DNA of 64,000 nt from an uncultured Chloroflexia bacterium (GTDB lineage Bacteria > Chloroflexota > Anaerolineae > Anaerolineales > UBA4823): contig CAVSCE010000009.1 of the NCBI GenBank assembly GCA_963726375.1, positions 546,492 through 610,491 of the forward strand. Reading direction: 5' to 3'. Positions within the stretch are counted from its first letter, which is position 1. Every line of letters starts with the position of its first letter. The notes under the pieces are model-generated. The model saw only the letters and a list, made by a program, of their open reading frames with translations. It ran no database searches and was not told the DNA's origin. The position numbers and the translations under genes are program-made. This document shows positions 1 to 10,414 of the stretch, piece by piece.

Positions 1-546
1 AAGTTTATTTTGAAGGATATGATCAATTTGAGCTGCTATGCTGATTTGGATTTCTTGTTTTTGATCCAATTTTTCTTGCCCTTTCGATTTTGGGATCAAT
101 TCTCCAAAATCCACCTCATTCGAATAAATCGACTTGGAGAATTGAGATGATCGAATGGGCTGAATCAGATTAAACTTTGGTGAATACCTATCAGCCTGAG
201 GATTTTGAAATGGATCCATTGACAAATTAGGGTAAGGATCTGTGGAAAGAAATGCCCAATTTTTTAGCTCGATTAAAATCATTTCCAACTTAGAACGCAT
301 TTGAGGAGACATTTTTTCAAAGGATGAAAAGGTCTTTTCCTCCATTTCTAGCACCAATTGATTATTCTTGCTATCGCGCCAAATTCGCAGCAGGGTCCGC
401 CCAGTTTTTAAAGCCAAAACATCTCTCGATGTGCCAGGTTTTTGAAATGCAACTACCAACAGTGCCCCAATCAGGCTGCCGATGATCAGTCCAATAAGAC
501 CGATAGTTAGAATTGGGACAATTGAATTGATGAGCTCAGAAGTCAT
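1..546 (-). CDS. hypothetical membrane-anchored protein (N-terminal part; gene runs off the window start)
   Basis: My own minus-strand translation from the ATG at 546 gives MTSELINSIVPILTIGLIGLIIGSLIGALLVVAFQKPG... and stays open to position 1. It has one N-terminal TM helix. It is absent from the ORF track because no stop lies inside the window. Confidence 0.4.
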   Translation of the reverse strand, partial: MTSELINSIVPILTIGLIGLIIGSLIGALLVVAFQKPGTSRDVLALKTGRTLLRIWRDSKNNQLVLEMEEKTFSSFEKMSPQMRSKLEMILIELKNWAFLSTDPYPNLSMDPFQNPQADRYSPKFNLIQPIRSSQFSKSIYSNEVDFGELIPKSKGQEKLDQKQEIQISIAAQIDHILQNKL

Positions 547-554
547 GCTCCTGA

Positions 555-1392
555 TTATAGTTGGTCGACTACTGGTAGAACCTGACAAAACGGACAGTAA
601 TATGTACTTCTTTGACCAACAACACAATGGACAATCATTCTGCCGCAAGTAAAACATGGCTGGTTAACTCTGCCGTAGACCCTGAAATAATTCTGAAACT
701 CACCTCCGCGAAAAACCCAATCGATGCTTGCAGCCATTCTGCCGAATCCCTTGTTCCAGTGTCTCCCGAATGGACTTCCACAGCTTAATTGCATCTTCTT
801 CGAGTACTTGCGAAGATAAAAGGGTTGGATGCAAACCGGCCAGGTGGAGGCTTTCGTCTGTATAGATATTTCCCAAGCCTGCAATAAATGACTGGTCAAG
901 TAGAAGCGGTTTTAGTTGTCGCTTTTTCCTCTTTAGCATTGAATATAGAGTTTCTGGATGAAAATCTCGATCGAATGGTTCCGGACCGAGTTTTGAAAGG
1001 ACGTCCGCAGGATTTTTCACTAACCATATCCGGCCAAATTTCCTGGGATCATTAAAAGTTAATCGATATCCCTGGCTGAATAATATCCACATCCGATGGT
1101 GAGAACCTCGTTCGGCATCATTCTCCTCCACCCATAAATCTCCACTCATCCTGAGGTGTATGATTAAAAATAAATCTGAGAGTGAAAAGATTAAATATTT
1201 TCCACGTCTTGAAATATCATTGATTTCCTGCCCTATGATTTGACTTGCGAACTCAGCTGAAGTTGGAACCTGAATACTACGCTCCCAGAATATTTCCGCT
1301 CCGCTGATCGTCATCCCAGAAAGTGGGGGGTTATCCTCCTTGCCTGCAAGCAGCATCCTTCGGATTGTCTCAACCTCAGGAAGCTCAGGCAT
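555..1392 (-). CDS. mutM: formamidopyrimidine-DNA glycosylase (Fpg/MutM), frameshifted
   Basis: The N-terminus MPELPEVETIRR is the catalytic Pro2/Glu3 signature (ORF 700..1392). The C-terminal zinc finger VYGRVNQPCFTCGRMIVHCVVGQRSTYYCPFCQ lies in another frame (ORF 555..899). One frameshift lies near 720-760. Confidence 0.9.
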
Positions 1393-1928
1393 CGTTCTGG
1401 TGCCACTCCTCTCTCAGCACGCTCATGATCAAGATATCCATGTAACGACCATTTTTATACATGGCCTGCCGTTTTCTGCCTTCATGAATGAATCCTGCCT
1501 TTTCATAAGTGCGGATTGCTCGGTGATTCGAAATCATAAACATCAAGCATTAGACGGTTCAGATTGAGCGTTTGAAAACCGTACTTTAATAGCAATCGCA
1601 TCACCGCTGTACCGTAACCTTGGTTCCACAACTTCTTTTCTCCAATAAAAATCCCTAATTCGGCAGACCGACAGCGCCAATCGATATTATGGATGCCGCA
1701 GTTGCCAACCATAATCCATTCATCACCCTCAAGGACCTCAATAACCAGAGGGCGTTCATCTTTTGACCTTTCGAGCATGTGATTGAACCAATCTTCTTCT
1801 TCAGCCTTCGACAAAGGAGCATAGATCATCAGGTTTTCAATTATTTCAGGATCATTGAGCCATGAAACAAATTGTGGAATATCCTGACGTTCTGCGCTTC
1901 GTAACCGAATTTTATCCCCGTAAATCAT
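1385..1928 (-). CDS. GNAT family N-acetyltransferase (RimJ/RimL-like), frameshifted near 1510
   Basis: ORF 1503..1946 reads IRLRSAERQDIPQFVSWLNDPEI...GYGTAVMRLLLKYGF. The C-terminus NHRAIRTYEKAGFIHEGRKRQAMYKNGRYMDILIMSVLREEW is in a shifted frame and ends at TGA 1385-1387. That stop overlaps the mutM start (ATGCCTGA). Confidence 0.8.
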
Positions 1929-2985
1929 CAATACCTCCCATCTCATTATCCTTCAACAAAATAGTAATTGCCTGGCGAGGAGAAATATCTCTTTTATACA
2001 AACGATCGATAATTTCCATGTACAATGTTTCCGGCACACGCTCCTGCCACCTGGCAACGAGAGTTTCCCGTAAAAGGATATCGAGTTCAGATTTTAATCG
2101 ACTTTGATTTCGCCTGGCTAGCTCTCTTGTCTCGACAATATACTCAAAATAACGGGAAATTTCATTTTGAAGCTCAGAAATTCCAATCCCTTCCGTTGCA
2201 ACCGTCCTGATTATTGGAGTTTCCCAGAACTGCATCTTGCTTTCTGCAGGGTCTTTTCCTTCGACCGCAAGATTGGATAACCCATTCTGACCATGATGGC
2301 CTGGTTTGTTCAAGTTGTCTTGAAAAATGTGAAGGGAAGGATGAGCCAGCTGAAGCATGCTTCGCAGTGCACGTTCCGTTGATTCAACTCCTGGTCGGTC
2401 AGCCTTGTTGATCACAAGAATATCGGCGATCTCTAATATCCCTGCCTTTATCGCCTGGATATCATCGCCTAAACCAGGAGCTTCAACTACGATCGTAGTA
2501 TGGGCAAGCCGAGCGATCTCTACTTCTGCCTGACCAGCTCCAACAGTTTCAACCAGGATGATCTCAAAACCAGCCGCATCCATAGCTTGGACCACACCAG
2601 AAGTTGCTGTTGCTAATCCACCAAGAGTACCGCGAGTGGCCATAGAGCGGATAAAAACTCCAGGATCTCCAGCTAAGTCTCGCATTCTAACCCGATCACC
2701 CAAGATGGCACCGCCGGTAAAAGGGCTGGATGGATCTACGGCAACAATTCCAACTCGTTTTGGTTGTCCCTGAGTTGGTTTTCGATAGGCAATTGCGAGT
2801 TGATTAACAAGCGATGATTTTCCTGTTCCAGGAGCACCAGTTACCCCGATAAGATGAGCATTTCCAGCATATGAGAACAGTTCATTGCTGAAATGACGAC
2901 CCTGGGGTGTATCATTCTCGATTTGAGTCAGAACTCGGGCTAACGCAATTCTGCTGCCAGCCAATAGCTCGTTCGTCAGCTGCAT
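1912..2985 (-). CDS. meaB: methylmalonyl-CoA mutase-associated GTPase MeaB/ArgK
   Basis: It carries the P-loop GVTGAPGTGKSSLVNQL, and LAGSRIALARVLTQIEN is typical of MeaB. I set the start at the internal ATG (MQLTNELL) at 2985, just downstream of the B12-subunit stop. Confidence 0.88.
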   Translation of the reverse strand: MQLTNELLAGSRIALARVLTQIENDTPQGRHFSNELFSYAGNAHLIGVTGAPGTGKSSLVNQLAIAYRKPTQGQPKRVGIVAVDPSSPFTGGAILGDRVRMRDLAGDPGVFIRSMATRGTLGGLATATSGVVQAMDAAGFEIILVETVGAGQAEVEIARLAHTTIVVEAPGLGDDIQAIKAGILEIADILVINKADRPGVESTERALRSMLQLAHPSLHIFQDNLNKPGHHGQNGLSNLAVEGKDPAESKMQFWETPIIRTVATEGIGISELQNEISRYFEYIVETRELARRNQSRLKSELDILLRETLVARWQERVPETLYMEIIDRLYKRDISPRQAITILLKDNEMGGIDDLRG

Positions 2986-3002
2986 TTTCTTTGATACCAG
3001 CT

Positions 3003-3389
3003 TCAAGAAGATACTTGCGATGGTATTGCTTTTCGGATTTCCTGGATGATCTGATCCGTAGAGGTTCCAGGGCCGTAAATCCCCTTTACCCCCATATTGA
3101 GCAATACCGGTACATCTTCGTCTGGAATGATCCCGCCAAGAAACACACACACGCTTTCCTGTCCATTAGCGGAAAGGAGCTCAAGTACTCGCGGTACTAG
3201 AGCCATGTGTGCCCCGGAAAGCACCGAGAGTCCAACAGCATCAACATCCTCTTGCAAGGCGCTTTCAGCAATCATCTCCGGTGTCTGGCGCAGTCCAGTA
3301 TAAATTACCTCCATACCTGCATCACGCAGTGCTCTTGCGACAACTTTTGCCCCGCGATCGTGTCCATCGAGTCCGGGTTTCGCCACCAA
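3003..3389 (-). CDS. methylmalonyl-CoA mutase, cobalamin-binding (small) subunit
   Basis: [39 protein letters not shown] contains the DxHxxG B12-binding motif. The start is uncertain: a TTG at 3389, while an upstream ATG at 3414 is out of frame by one base. Confidence 0.88.
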   Translation of the reverse strand: MVAKPGLDGHDRGAKVVARALRDAGMEVIYTGLRQTPEMIAESALQEDVDAVGLSVLSGAHMALVPRVLELLSANGQESVCVFLGGIIPDEDVPVLLNMGVKGIYGPGTSTDQIIQEIRKAIPSQVSS

Positions 3390-3473
3390 GACGCGAAATC
3401 CTTGGAATGTTCATGATCACCTCATCGGTTATAAATTGAGTAATTGAGATGAATTATACTCGCTGGAAGATGT

Positions 3474-4856
3474 TTACTCTGCTGAACCCGTGAGTCGCTT
3501 TGCCGATTCGATTAATTCATAGGCTAAATTAACAGGTCTCAGAGCGTTGATGAATCCCCCTACAGGAACACAAGCATCACGTTGATTTACATTTCCATCC
3601 CCATTTGTATCTGCGATAACTCGGCAGTCTACGACCTCATCATTATCTCCATTTCCCAGCTGCGTTGGGATGGCAATCATCTTGCCCGTGTCATCCACAG
3701 CCATTCCTCCACTTGTTCCCCCGGATATTGTAGCGGCTGTCTTGATATATGCCCGATCTCCATAAGATTTCTGACTCGAAAATCCTCCGACATTGCCTGT
3801 TGTAAGCGTGATCGTCTGACCACCGATGGCCGGGTATCCGAGGATCATAATTGGGTCACCAAGTTGGAGCGAATCCGAATCGCCAAGACTTGCTTTTGGA
3901 AGCTTAACTACATTCCAATTCACTGGCTTCATGTTCATATCATTAGAAATCTTCAGGACAGCGATGTCCAGATCCTTGTCCGTAAGGAGGGCATCCGCAA
4001 AAAACATTTCTACCGGCGGAGAGGACGGGTCTTCAGTCATCGCGATGATAAAAGCATCAGGTTCATAGCCATCAAACGGAAGAACCAGATGAGCATTTGT
4101 AAGGATTAGCCCATCATCGGATATGATCGTTCCTGAGCCATCCCAAAGATTTCTAAGATAACTTGAATATTTATATTTTGCATATATCTTGACAACTGAC
4201 TGGTACGGCACTTCCAGGGGTGCAACAGTTGGCATGATCGTCGGTGCCATCGTTGGTATGGACGTCGGTATGGGTGTGGGAGGCTCTGTCTCAGTCGCAA
4301 CCAGGACGATTTCGGCAGGTTTATTGAATAAGATCCGAAATCCAACATCTCTGACCTTGCCCCCCGTCATCACTTCAATCTGGCCGGCTACATCCGCAAT
4401 CTGCCAGGGCATAAGTTTTATGAAGAATTCCTTTCGTTCACCAGGTTCTACCATCATGCCGATAAAATAGCCTGTCTTATCCCCGTAAAACTCCTGGCGA
4501 CCAGGTGTGAGAGACGGGAAAACTTCATTAACCACGGCCGAATCGGTTAATAATGCGGGTAAACGGATTTCTTCAATCATTTCAAAATCTTCACTAAAAT
4601 TTTCGACCATCAATGTCATACGCACATCTTCACCAAGCTCTGCGAGTGGAGGCGCCTGGATATAAATATTTAGGTCAGATTTATTTCCATCGAATAATCG
4701 AAATGGAGCTTGCAAAAATACTACCAAAGCTGCACCCAACAAAATGAGGGTGAAGGTTCCCATTCCAATTAATGAAATAATCCATTTCCGATTCATAATA
4801 TATTCATCCAGAATAGCATCAATACCTTTGGGATCGAAATGACCTTGTGGAATCAT
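3474..4856 (-). CDS. membrane-anchored trypsin-like (S1/HtrA-like) serine protease
   Basis: It has an N-terminal TM helix (IISLIGMGTFTLILLGAALVVFL) and a Pro/Thr linker. The C-terminal protease domain shows TNAHLV (His), DIAVLK (Asp) and GGTSGGMAV (Ser). Confidence 0.75.
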   Translation of the reverse strand: MIPQGHFDPKGIDAILDEYIMNRKWIISLIGMGTFTLILLGAALVVFLQAPFRLFDGNKSDLNIYIQAPPLAELGEDVRMTLMVENFSEDFEMIEEIRLPALLTDSAVVNEVFPSLTPGRQEFYGDKTGYFIGMMVEPGERKEFFIKLMPWQIADVAGQIEVMTGGKVRDVGFRILFNKPAEIVLVATETEPPTPIPTSIPTMAPTIMPTVAPLEVPYQSVVKIYAKYKYSSYLRNLWDGSGTIISDDGLILTNAHLVLPFDGYEPDAFIIAMTEDPSSPPVEMFFADALLTDKDLDIAVLKISNDMNMKPVNWNVVKLPKASLGDSDSLQLGDPIMILGYPAIGGQTITLTTGNVGGFSSQKSYGDRAYIKTAATISGGTSGGMAVDDTGKMIAIPTQLGNGDNDEVVDCRVIADTNGDGNVNQRDACVPVGGFINALRPVNLAYELIESAKRLTGSAE

Positions 4857-4914
4857 TATACGCGATAGTTCCTATTCGACTCCCAACGAATTCGTAAGCC
4901 AGTATAATGAAGTT

Positions 4915-5571
4915 GTGAACGTGAAAATTATTCGATCAAAGAGAAAGACTATATCCATAGTTGTCGATGCTGATGGAATTGTGACCGTGAAGTCACCTTT
5001 GCTATTATCTAAATTGACAATCGAGCGGATTTTGGCTGAAAAAGCAGAATGGATTCGGAAACAGCAGCGAGTAATCCGCACTAATGCGGTTCCAAAACAT
5101 AAATATATTGAAGGAGAATCTTTTTCATTCCTTGGCAAGCCTTATTCTTTAGTTTTCATTAAGTCGCAAAAGCCGGCATTATTATTCGATGATGCCTTCA
5201 AACTGGATTGGAATTCAAGGAATCAAGCTGAGGATTTGATTATTAGCTGGTATCAAAAGCAAGCGAGGAAGATATTATCCGAGCGATTACAGCAGCTTGC
5301 CAAAATTCATGATTTCAAGAATTATAAATTCAGGCTCAGCGGAGCACGCACTCGCTGGGGTTCTTGCAGCAGCAAAAGAAACATAAGTATTAGCTGGCGT
5401 CTTGTGATGGCACCGCCAGATATCATCGATTACGTCCTGATTCACGAATTGGTGCACCTTGAAATTCATAACCATTCGAAGGAATTCTGGCGACGCCTTG
5501 AAACAATCATGCCGGATTATCAAAAACGCAGAACGTGGTTAAAAAAGAACAGTGCCAACCTGCTCGCTTAA
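4915..5571 (+). CDS. YgjP/DUF45 (M48-like, SprT-like) metal-dependent hydrolase
   Basis: It has the HELVHLEIHNHSKEFW zincin-like motif and the family's typical size. The start codon is GTG. Confidence 0.8.
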   Translation: MNVKIIRSKRKTISIVVDADGIVTVKSPLLLSKLTIERILAEKAEWIRKQQRVIRTNAVPKHKYIEGESFSFLGKPYSLVFIKSQKPALLFDDAFKLDWNSRNQAEDLIISWYQKQARKILSERLQQLAKIHDFKNYKFRLSGARTRWGSCSSKRNISISWRLVMAPPDIIDYVLIHELVHLEIHNHSKEFWRRLETIMPDYQKRRTWLKKNSANLLA

Positions 5572-5622
5572 CCGCTGGTGGGTTATCGGTTGAGTGTAAA
5601 CAATTTGGGAAGGAGCAATCTC

Positions 5623-7000
5623 GTGAATAAGAAAGTGATCCTGAGAAGTTATTTTATGGTTGCCTCGACCTTTATTCTGTCAACTGCGTCTTGCTCGCCT
5701 TCTCTCACTTCAAAAACCACAGGTCCAATTACTGCTTCTCCACAGAAGCAAGAAATTCCTGCTAGTGACTTCACAACTCCCTACAGTAACCATTGATGTG
5801 CCTGAAATACCTTCTCAAAGCCCAACTGCTTCTCCGCCAACCGAAGAAGCGATAGGACCTATTATCTCCCCGGCAGTGGAAGTTCTCCCAACATCGATCC
5901 CGAAATTCGGTCCAACGCTTGCATTCCTCAAAGATGGTGATATCTGGATGTTAGATCAGCCCGGCAGTGAACCCTATCCTTTGACATTTGCTGGAGATAT
6001 CATGGGATTTACCTGGTCCCCAAATGGAGAACGCCTTGCTGCATTTAATGGGAAGAATATTTGCTTTTTTTACCGTGATGGAAGCATCAGGTCAGCCTGC
6101 CTGGATTTGGGGTTAAATGTTGAACAATCCATTATCCCACGCCAGCTGATCATGTCTCCAGATCAACATTGGATTGTCTTATGGAACCCTACGACTCCTC
6201 AAGATAAAGGAACAATCGGCTGGATGATTGTTGCATTGGACACAACGAATATTATGTACCGCATTGAAGATCCTGTTGATTGGGGAGCCACTTTAACTCC
6301 AGAAAATGAGCCTGGAGGTTTTACAGGACACCCGCTCTTTCTTGAGGATGGGCGTTTGGTCGGGACGATATCGCATCAATCACTTTGCAGTGAATATGAC
6401 TGTCAGTATCATCTCAATTTATTTTAATTTTGAGACCCGCAAGTTCGAGGTTTTTCCTACATCTTTAGACGATAAGTTCAGCCAGGGTATCAGCCTTTCG
6501 CTTGATGATAAGAATAGTAAAATTACAAATTTTAGGACGCAATACTCAAGCTGCGAGGATTTTTCGACCATGCTTGATCTTCTCGACCTGAATACTTCAG
6601 ATCACTTGAACTGGAGTTTCGAAGGGGAGGCTTTCACAGATGTCGCTTTTCAATCCTTCGATGGATCAGGCAATTTTCGCTCGAAAATCAGGATGCACCG
6701 AAACAGAAGACGAATTCCTGGTCCGAAACATGCGGGTTAACCCAAAACAGTGAGATTTTATCAATGCAGTTCTGGAATCCAGATACAAACCAGCGCGATG
6801 AGTTTATTCCCGGGATTTCACCGAAATGGTCTCCGGATGGGAATTGGTTTGCATTCCGCTCATGCCTTTCTGAATTGTCCTCCGGGAAATGGAGCCAAAA
6901 CCCTGAGGTAGAACCAAAAATCTATATCTTCAACCCCCAAAAAGAGACAATGATTACAGTTATGGATGGCTTGACACCGCAGTGGCAGCCTTACCAATAA
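5623..7000 (+). CDS. PD40/TolB-like beta-propeller lipoprotein, multiple frameshifts
   Basis: A GGAAGGAG ribosome-binding site precedes a GTG at 5623, and the signal/lipobox-like sequence is FILSTASC. Fragments 5578..5796, 5660..6427, 6306..6740 and 6764..7000 follow each other in different frames. PD40-like motifs include FTWSPNGERLAAF and KWSPDGNWFAFRS. Confidence 0.45.
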
Positions 7001-7053
7001 AGAGCAGACAAATTATTCAGAAAGTACTCGAATTCGAGCTGAGCTCTCCTGTG

Positions 7054-7180
7054 TTATCGATTATTGATCACAATTGCGCCAATAACACCAGGTACCCAAC
7101 CGACTAGCGTAAGGATTGTCACTATCAGAAGTGACCCACATCCTTTATCCAAAACCGCTAAGGGGGGAAAGAAAATGCAT
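7054..7180 (-). CDS. Pmp3/YqaE (UPF0057) family small membrane protein, broken in a G6/C6 homopolymer
   Basis: It is not in the ORF track. The minus strand reads ATG CAT TTT CTT TCC CCC C.. and then, in a shifted frame, LAVLDKGCGSLLIVTILTLVGWVPGVIGAIVINNR*. This matches the family pattern (..PPLAV..G....LLTLLGWiPGviHA). The shift sits in the C6 run at 7152-7157. Confidence 0.55.
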
Positions 7181-7344
7181 AACAAGACTTCTCCAGATGC
7201 TCATTCTTTATCCTTTCAATTATCCGATTTGAAAATTTCTTCTAGATTATTCTTACGCAAAACTAGCCAAAAAGTTTCAAGAATTGGCAAAGCCTTACTC
7301 ATTCATCCCATGAGGGCTGGTGTTGCCTGTATAATTGCACAAAT

Positions 7345-8878
7345 ATGCAAAGAAAAAAGATTCGAGAAGTATGGATCGCCCGGATTTCCTTATGCACAGC
7401 GTGTCTGGTTTGTGCTTCGTTGTTAAGCTGTAATATTTTGGCAAGCGCTCCACAATTTCTAGTTTCCCATTCTCCATCTCCTCAATTTTCGAGTTCTCCT
7501 TTGCAAACTTCAATTGAAACTCACGTTCAATTGTCTTCAACCCCACTTTTGTCCACGAATATACCGACCCAAACCAGAATAGATACTCAAACACCCAATC
7601 CGACACAAATTTTTACAACAGAACCGCTTAACTCGCCAATCGGATCAGCGACAATTGTGCCGCCTTCCCTTACACCGGGTCCTGATCAGCTCACCAATGG
7701 AATGGATGTATGGAATTCTGGTCTCGATCGATTTTCCGAGTTATATAACCGCTTTGGGACGTGTCTATTCCCCGCCAACCAGACGAGATCCTTTTCCAGC
7801 ATATGTCTTCATTCGCTTAAATTTTGAATGCACCACAGGCAAATCTCTGATTGATCTGTATTCTGGATTGGTGATGGGGTTGAATTTTGTTCATAAACAA
7901 TCAGGCTACCCGGATCTAAGTATTGAGGATCTGCAGGGGCATAAATATCTTGTTACTTTGTTGGGTGCGTGTTGGCTTGCAGCACCTATACCTCGGACTC
8001 GTGCAAAGGATGCTTATTACAACTTAAATTTTAAGGACCTCCCCCCTTTGACATTCTCTTCAGAGGCAAATCTAATGGAGAGCGAAGGAGATATTTGCTT
8101 CATTTCGGATATGTATGGAACTGAAGAGGTATACAGCGCAAACCCGAATGGAGAAAATATTCTCCGATTGACAACAAATTTCAGCCGTGCTGCAGAACCA
8201 TCATGGTCTAATGATCATCAGAAAATTGCCTATGTCAACTTTAAAAAAGGCAACGGAGATATTTCAATTATCAACCGGACAGGCGTTGGGTTAGTAGAAT
8301 TGGAAATCTCTTCAGCAGATGAAGGGGCACCTGTTTGGGCTCCTTCAGACCAACAAATTGCATTTCATACTTTTCGAGACGGAAACTGGGAGGTCTATTC
8401 CAGCTCTCCTTCCGGGACTGATCTTCTAAATCTATCCAGAAGCTCTTTTGACGATATGTACCCTTCCTGGTCCCCGGATGGAAAACGTCTTGCTTTTCAA
8501 ACACTCAGAGACGGAGATTGGGAAATCTATCTGATGAATTCTGATGGAACTCAATCGGAACGATTGACCAATAATGAAACAGACGAAATTCTCCCAGCCT
8601 GGTCTCCTGATGGATACCAAATTCTTTTTTGGACTTTTCAATCCGGAACTTGGAAGTTAATGTCCATAAATCCAGATGGGCAGAATTTATCAACACTAAC
8701 CACATATGAAAATCCTGGCTCAAATCCAAGCCGCGCAGCGTGGTCTCCAGATGGGGGAAAAATCCTTCTTTCTCTGCTTCGGGACGGATTCTTGCAACTC
8801 TATACGATGAATGCAGACGGCACTGAAGTCACCCGGCTTACCAGATCTCCTGCCAATTTTTTTGATCCTGACTGGTAG
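7345..8878 (+). CDS. TolB-like PD40 beta-propeller lipoprotein, frameshifted near 7700-7820
   Basis: The signal peptide with lipobox is CASLLSC (ORF 7345..7827). Five or more PD40 repeats lie in ORF 7655..8878: SWSNDHQKIAYV, VWAPSDQQIAF, SWSPDGKRLAFQT, AWSPDGYQILF and AWSPDGGKILLS. Confidence 0.75.
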
Positions 8879-8895
8879 GCGAGATACTTTCTCGT

Positions 8896-10414
8896 ATGGA
8901 GTCGAAAACAAGCATGAATGTTGGTTGGCATGACCATCCGCAAGATAATATCGTCATCTTTATCCCAGGATATATGGGCAGTCGACTTCGCAACCGTGTC
9001 ACTGGTGAGATTGTTTGGATCGATATCCAAAAGATTTTGAAAGATCCATTAGAAATCCATTCCAATTTAATTCATCTTTTCAAGCAAATGCAATTCCCGA
9101 ACGACGACCTGGTTCCAGACGGGATTGTCGAAGAAATCCTGTTCATCCCGCCATTTCTAAAGCAAAAACAATACGGACCACTTATTGATACACTGAAATC
9201 TTGGGGCTTTTCTGCTTCCATGGGGAATAAAGATGGAAAATCATCCAGGCTGTACACATTTGCCTACGACTGGCGGCAGGATAATCGAGAATCAGCAAGA
9301 AAGCTTTCTGCATTGGTACGATTTTTGAACAAGCGGCATCCCAATTCATTAATTTGGATTATTGCGCACAGCAATGGGGGCACCGTGGCACGTTGGTATA
9401 TCGAAAAGGAAGGTGGGAAAGAATTTATCGATCGGCTGTTCTTAATTGCATGTCCATGGGATGGAGCCCCAAAATCCATCCAAACTTTACTTCAGGGACC
9501 AGAAATCTTCTTTTTACGTCTATTCAATCAATTTGGCATTCAGCACTATTTCCAGGAGACTGCTCTCACATTCCCGTCCTTTTACCAACTTATTCCTGGA
9601 TTTCTCCCCTTCCTCAAGCAGGAAAATGGGAGTAAATTCGATCCATTTTTCGATCAGCGCTGGCTATCAAATTCCAGGCAGCGTGATATGCTCGAAAATG
9701 CCAGGAACTTCTACAATGAATTAGGGATGGATTTGAGTGTGGAAACACTTTGCTTTTTTGGTATCAATCAACCAACTGTCAGCGAAGGGATTGTATCGCA
9801 ATCTGCTTCAGGAAAAATTAACAGACATTCGCTGGATAATGGATGAGGAAGGGGATGGGACTATACCTGTCCATAGTGCGGTTCACCCAAATGCGTCCCA
9901 AAAACTCCCATATTCTGCTGACCATGGGGATATCTGCAATTACACACCTATGTTGGAAAAATTGAAGTTTGAATTAATTCAGCGGTACACCATCGGGGAG
10001 CTTGCTGCAGTTCCAGCTTCTCGAATAAAGGTAAGTTTTGATTCTGATCGAGACGTGTACCTTCCAGGTGAAGTTATTCCCATTTCCATCAAGGCATCTT
10101 CAATCGATACCGGACTGCCTATTTATGATCTACAGGTGGAAGTGAACATTCACCAGATTGTAGGTTTAGAGAATTATAAATGGGTCGAATTTACAGAAAA
10201 ATCAGGAACAATTTCCGAACCGTTTTTTTTGGCAGAAGCTTGTAAATCTCCAGGTCGATATGAAGCGAAAGTTACAGCACCAGCCAAGGATGGATATTAT
10301 GAGATGACAGCAAAAATCAAAACAAAAGAATTCGGTGTAGTAATTTGTCGTAAATTAATCCTGATTGAAGGAGATAAGATCGAATTTTCCAAAGGACAGA
10401 TCCCGGAAAATTAA
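8896..10414 (+). CDS. LCAT-like alpha/beta hydrolase (lipase/acyltransferase), frameshifted near 9800
   Basis: FIPGYMGSRL, YDWRQD and the nucleophile elbow AHSNGG are the lecithin:cholesterol acyltransferase family pattern. EEGDGTIPVHSA follows after the shift (ORF 9737..10414). Confidence 0.65.

Noticed and set aside
3389-3414. ATG at 3414 (MNIPRIS..) as the start of the B12-binding subunit.
   Set aside because: It is out of frame with the conserved [13 protein letters not shown] by one base. It may be the true start if another indel error lies here, but that cannot be shown from the sequence alone.
7064-7606. Track ORFs 7064..7426 (+) and 7295..7606 (-) as genes.
   Set aside because: They have no motifs and low-complexity composition. 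They overlap the Pmp3-like gene, an intergenic region and the lipoprotein signal peptide, so they are probably spurious.
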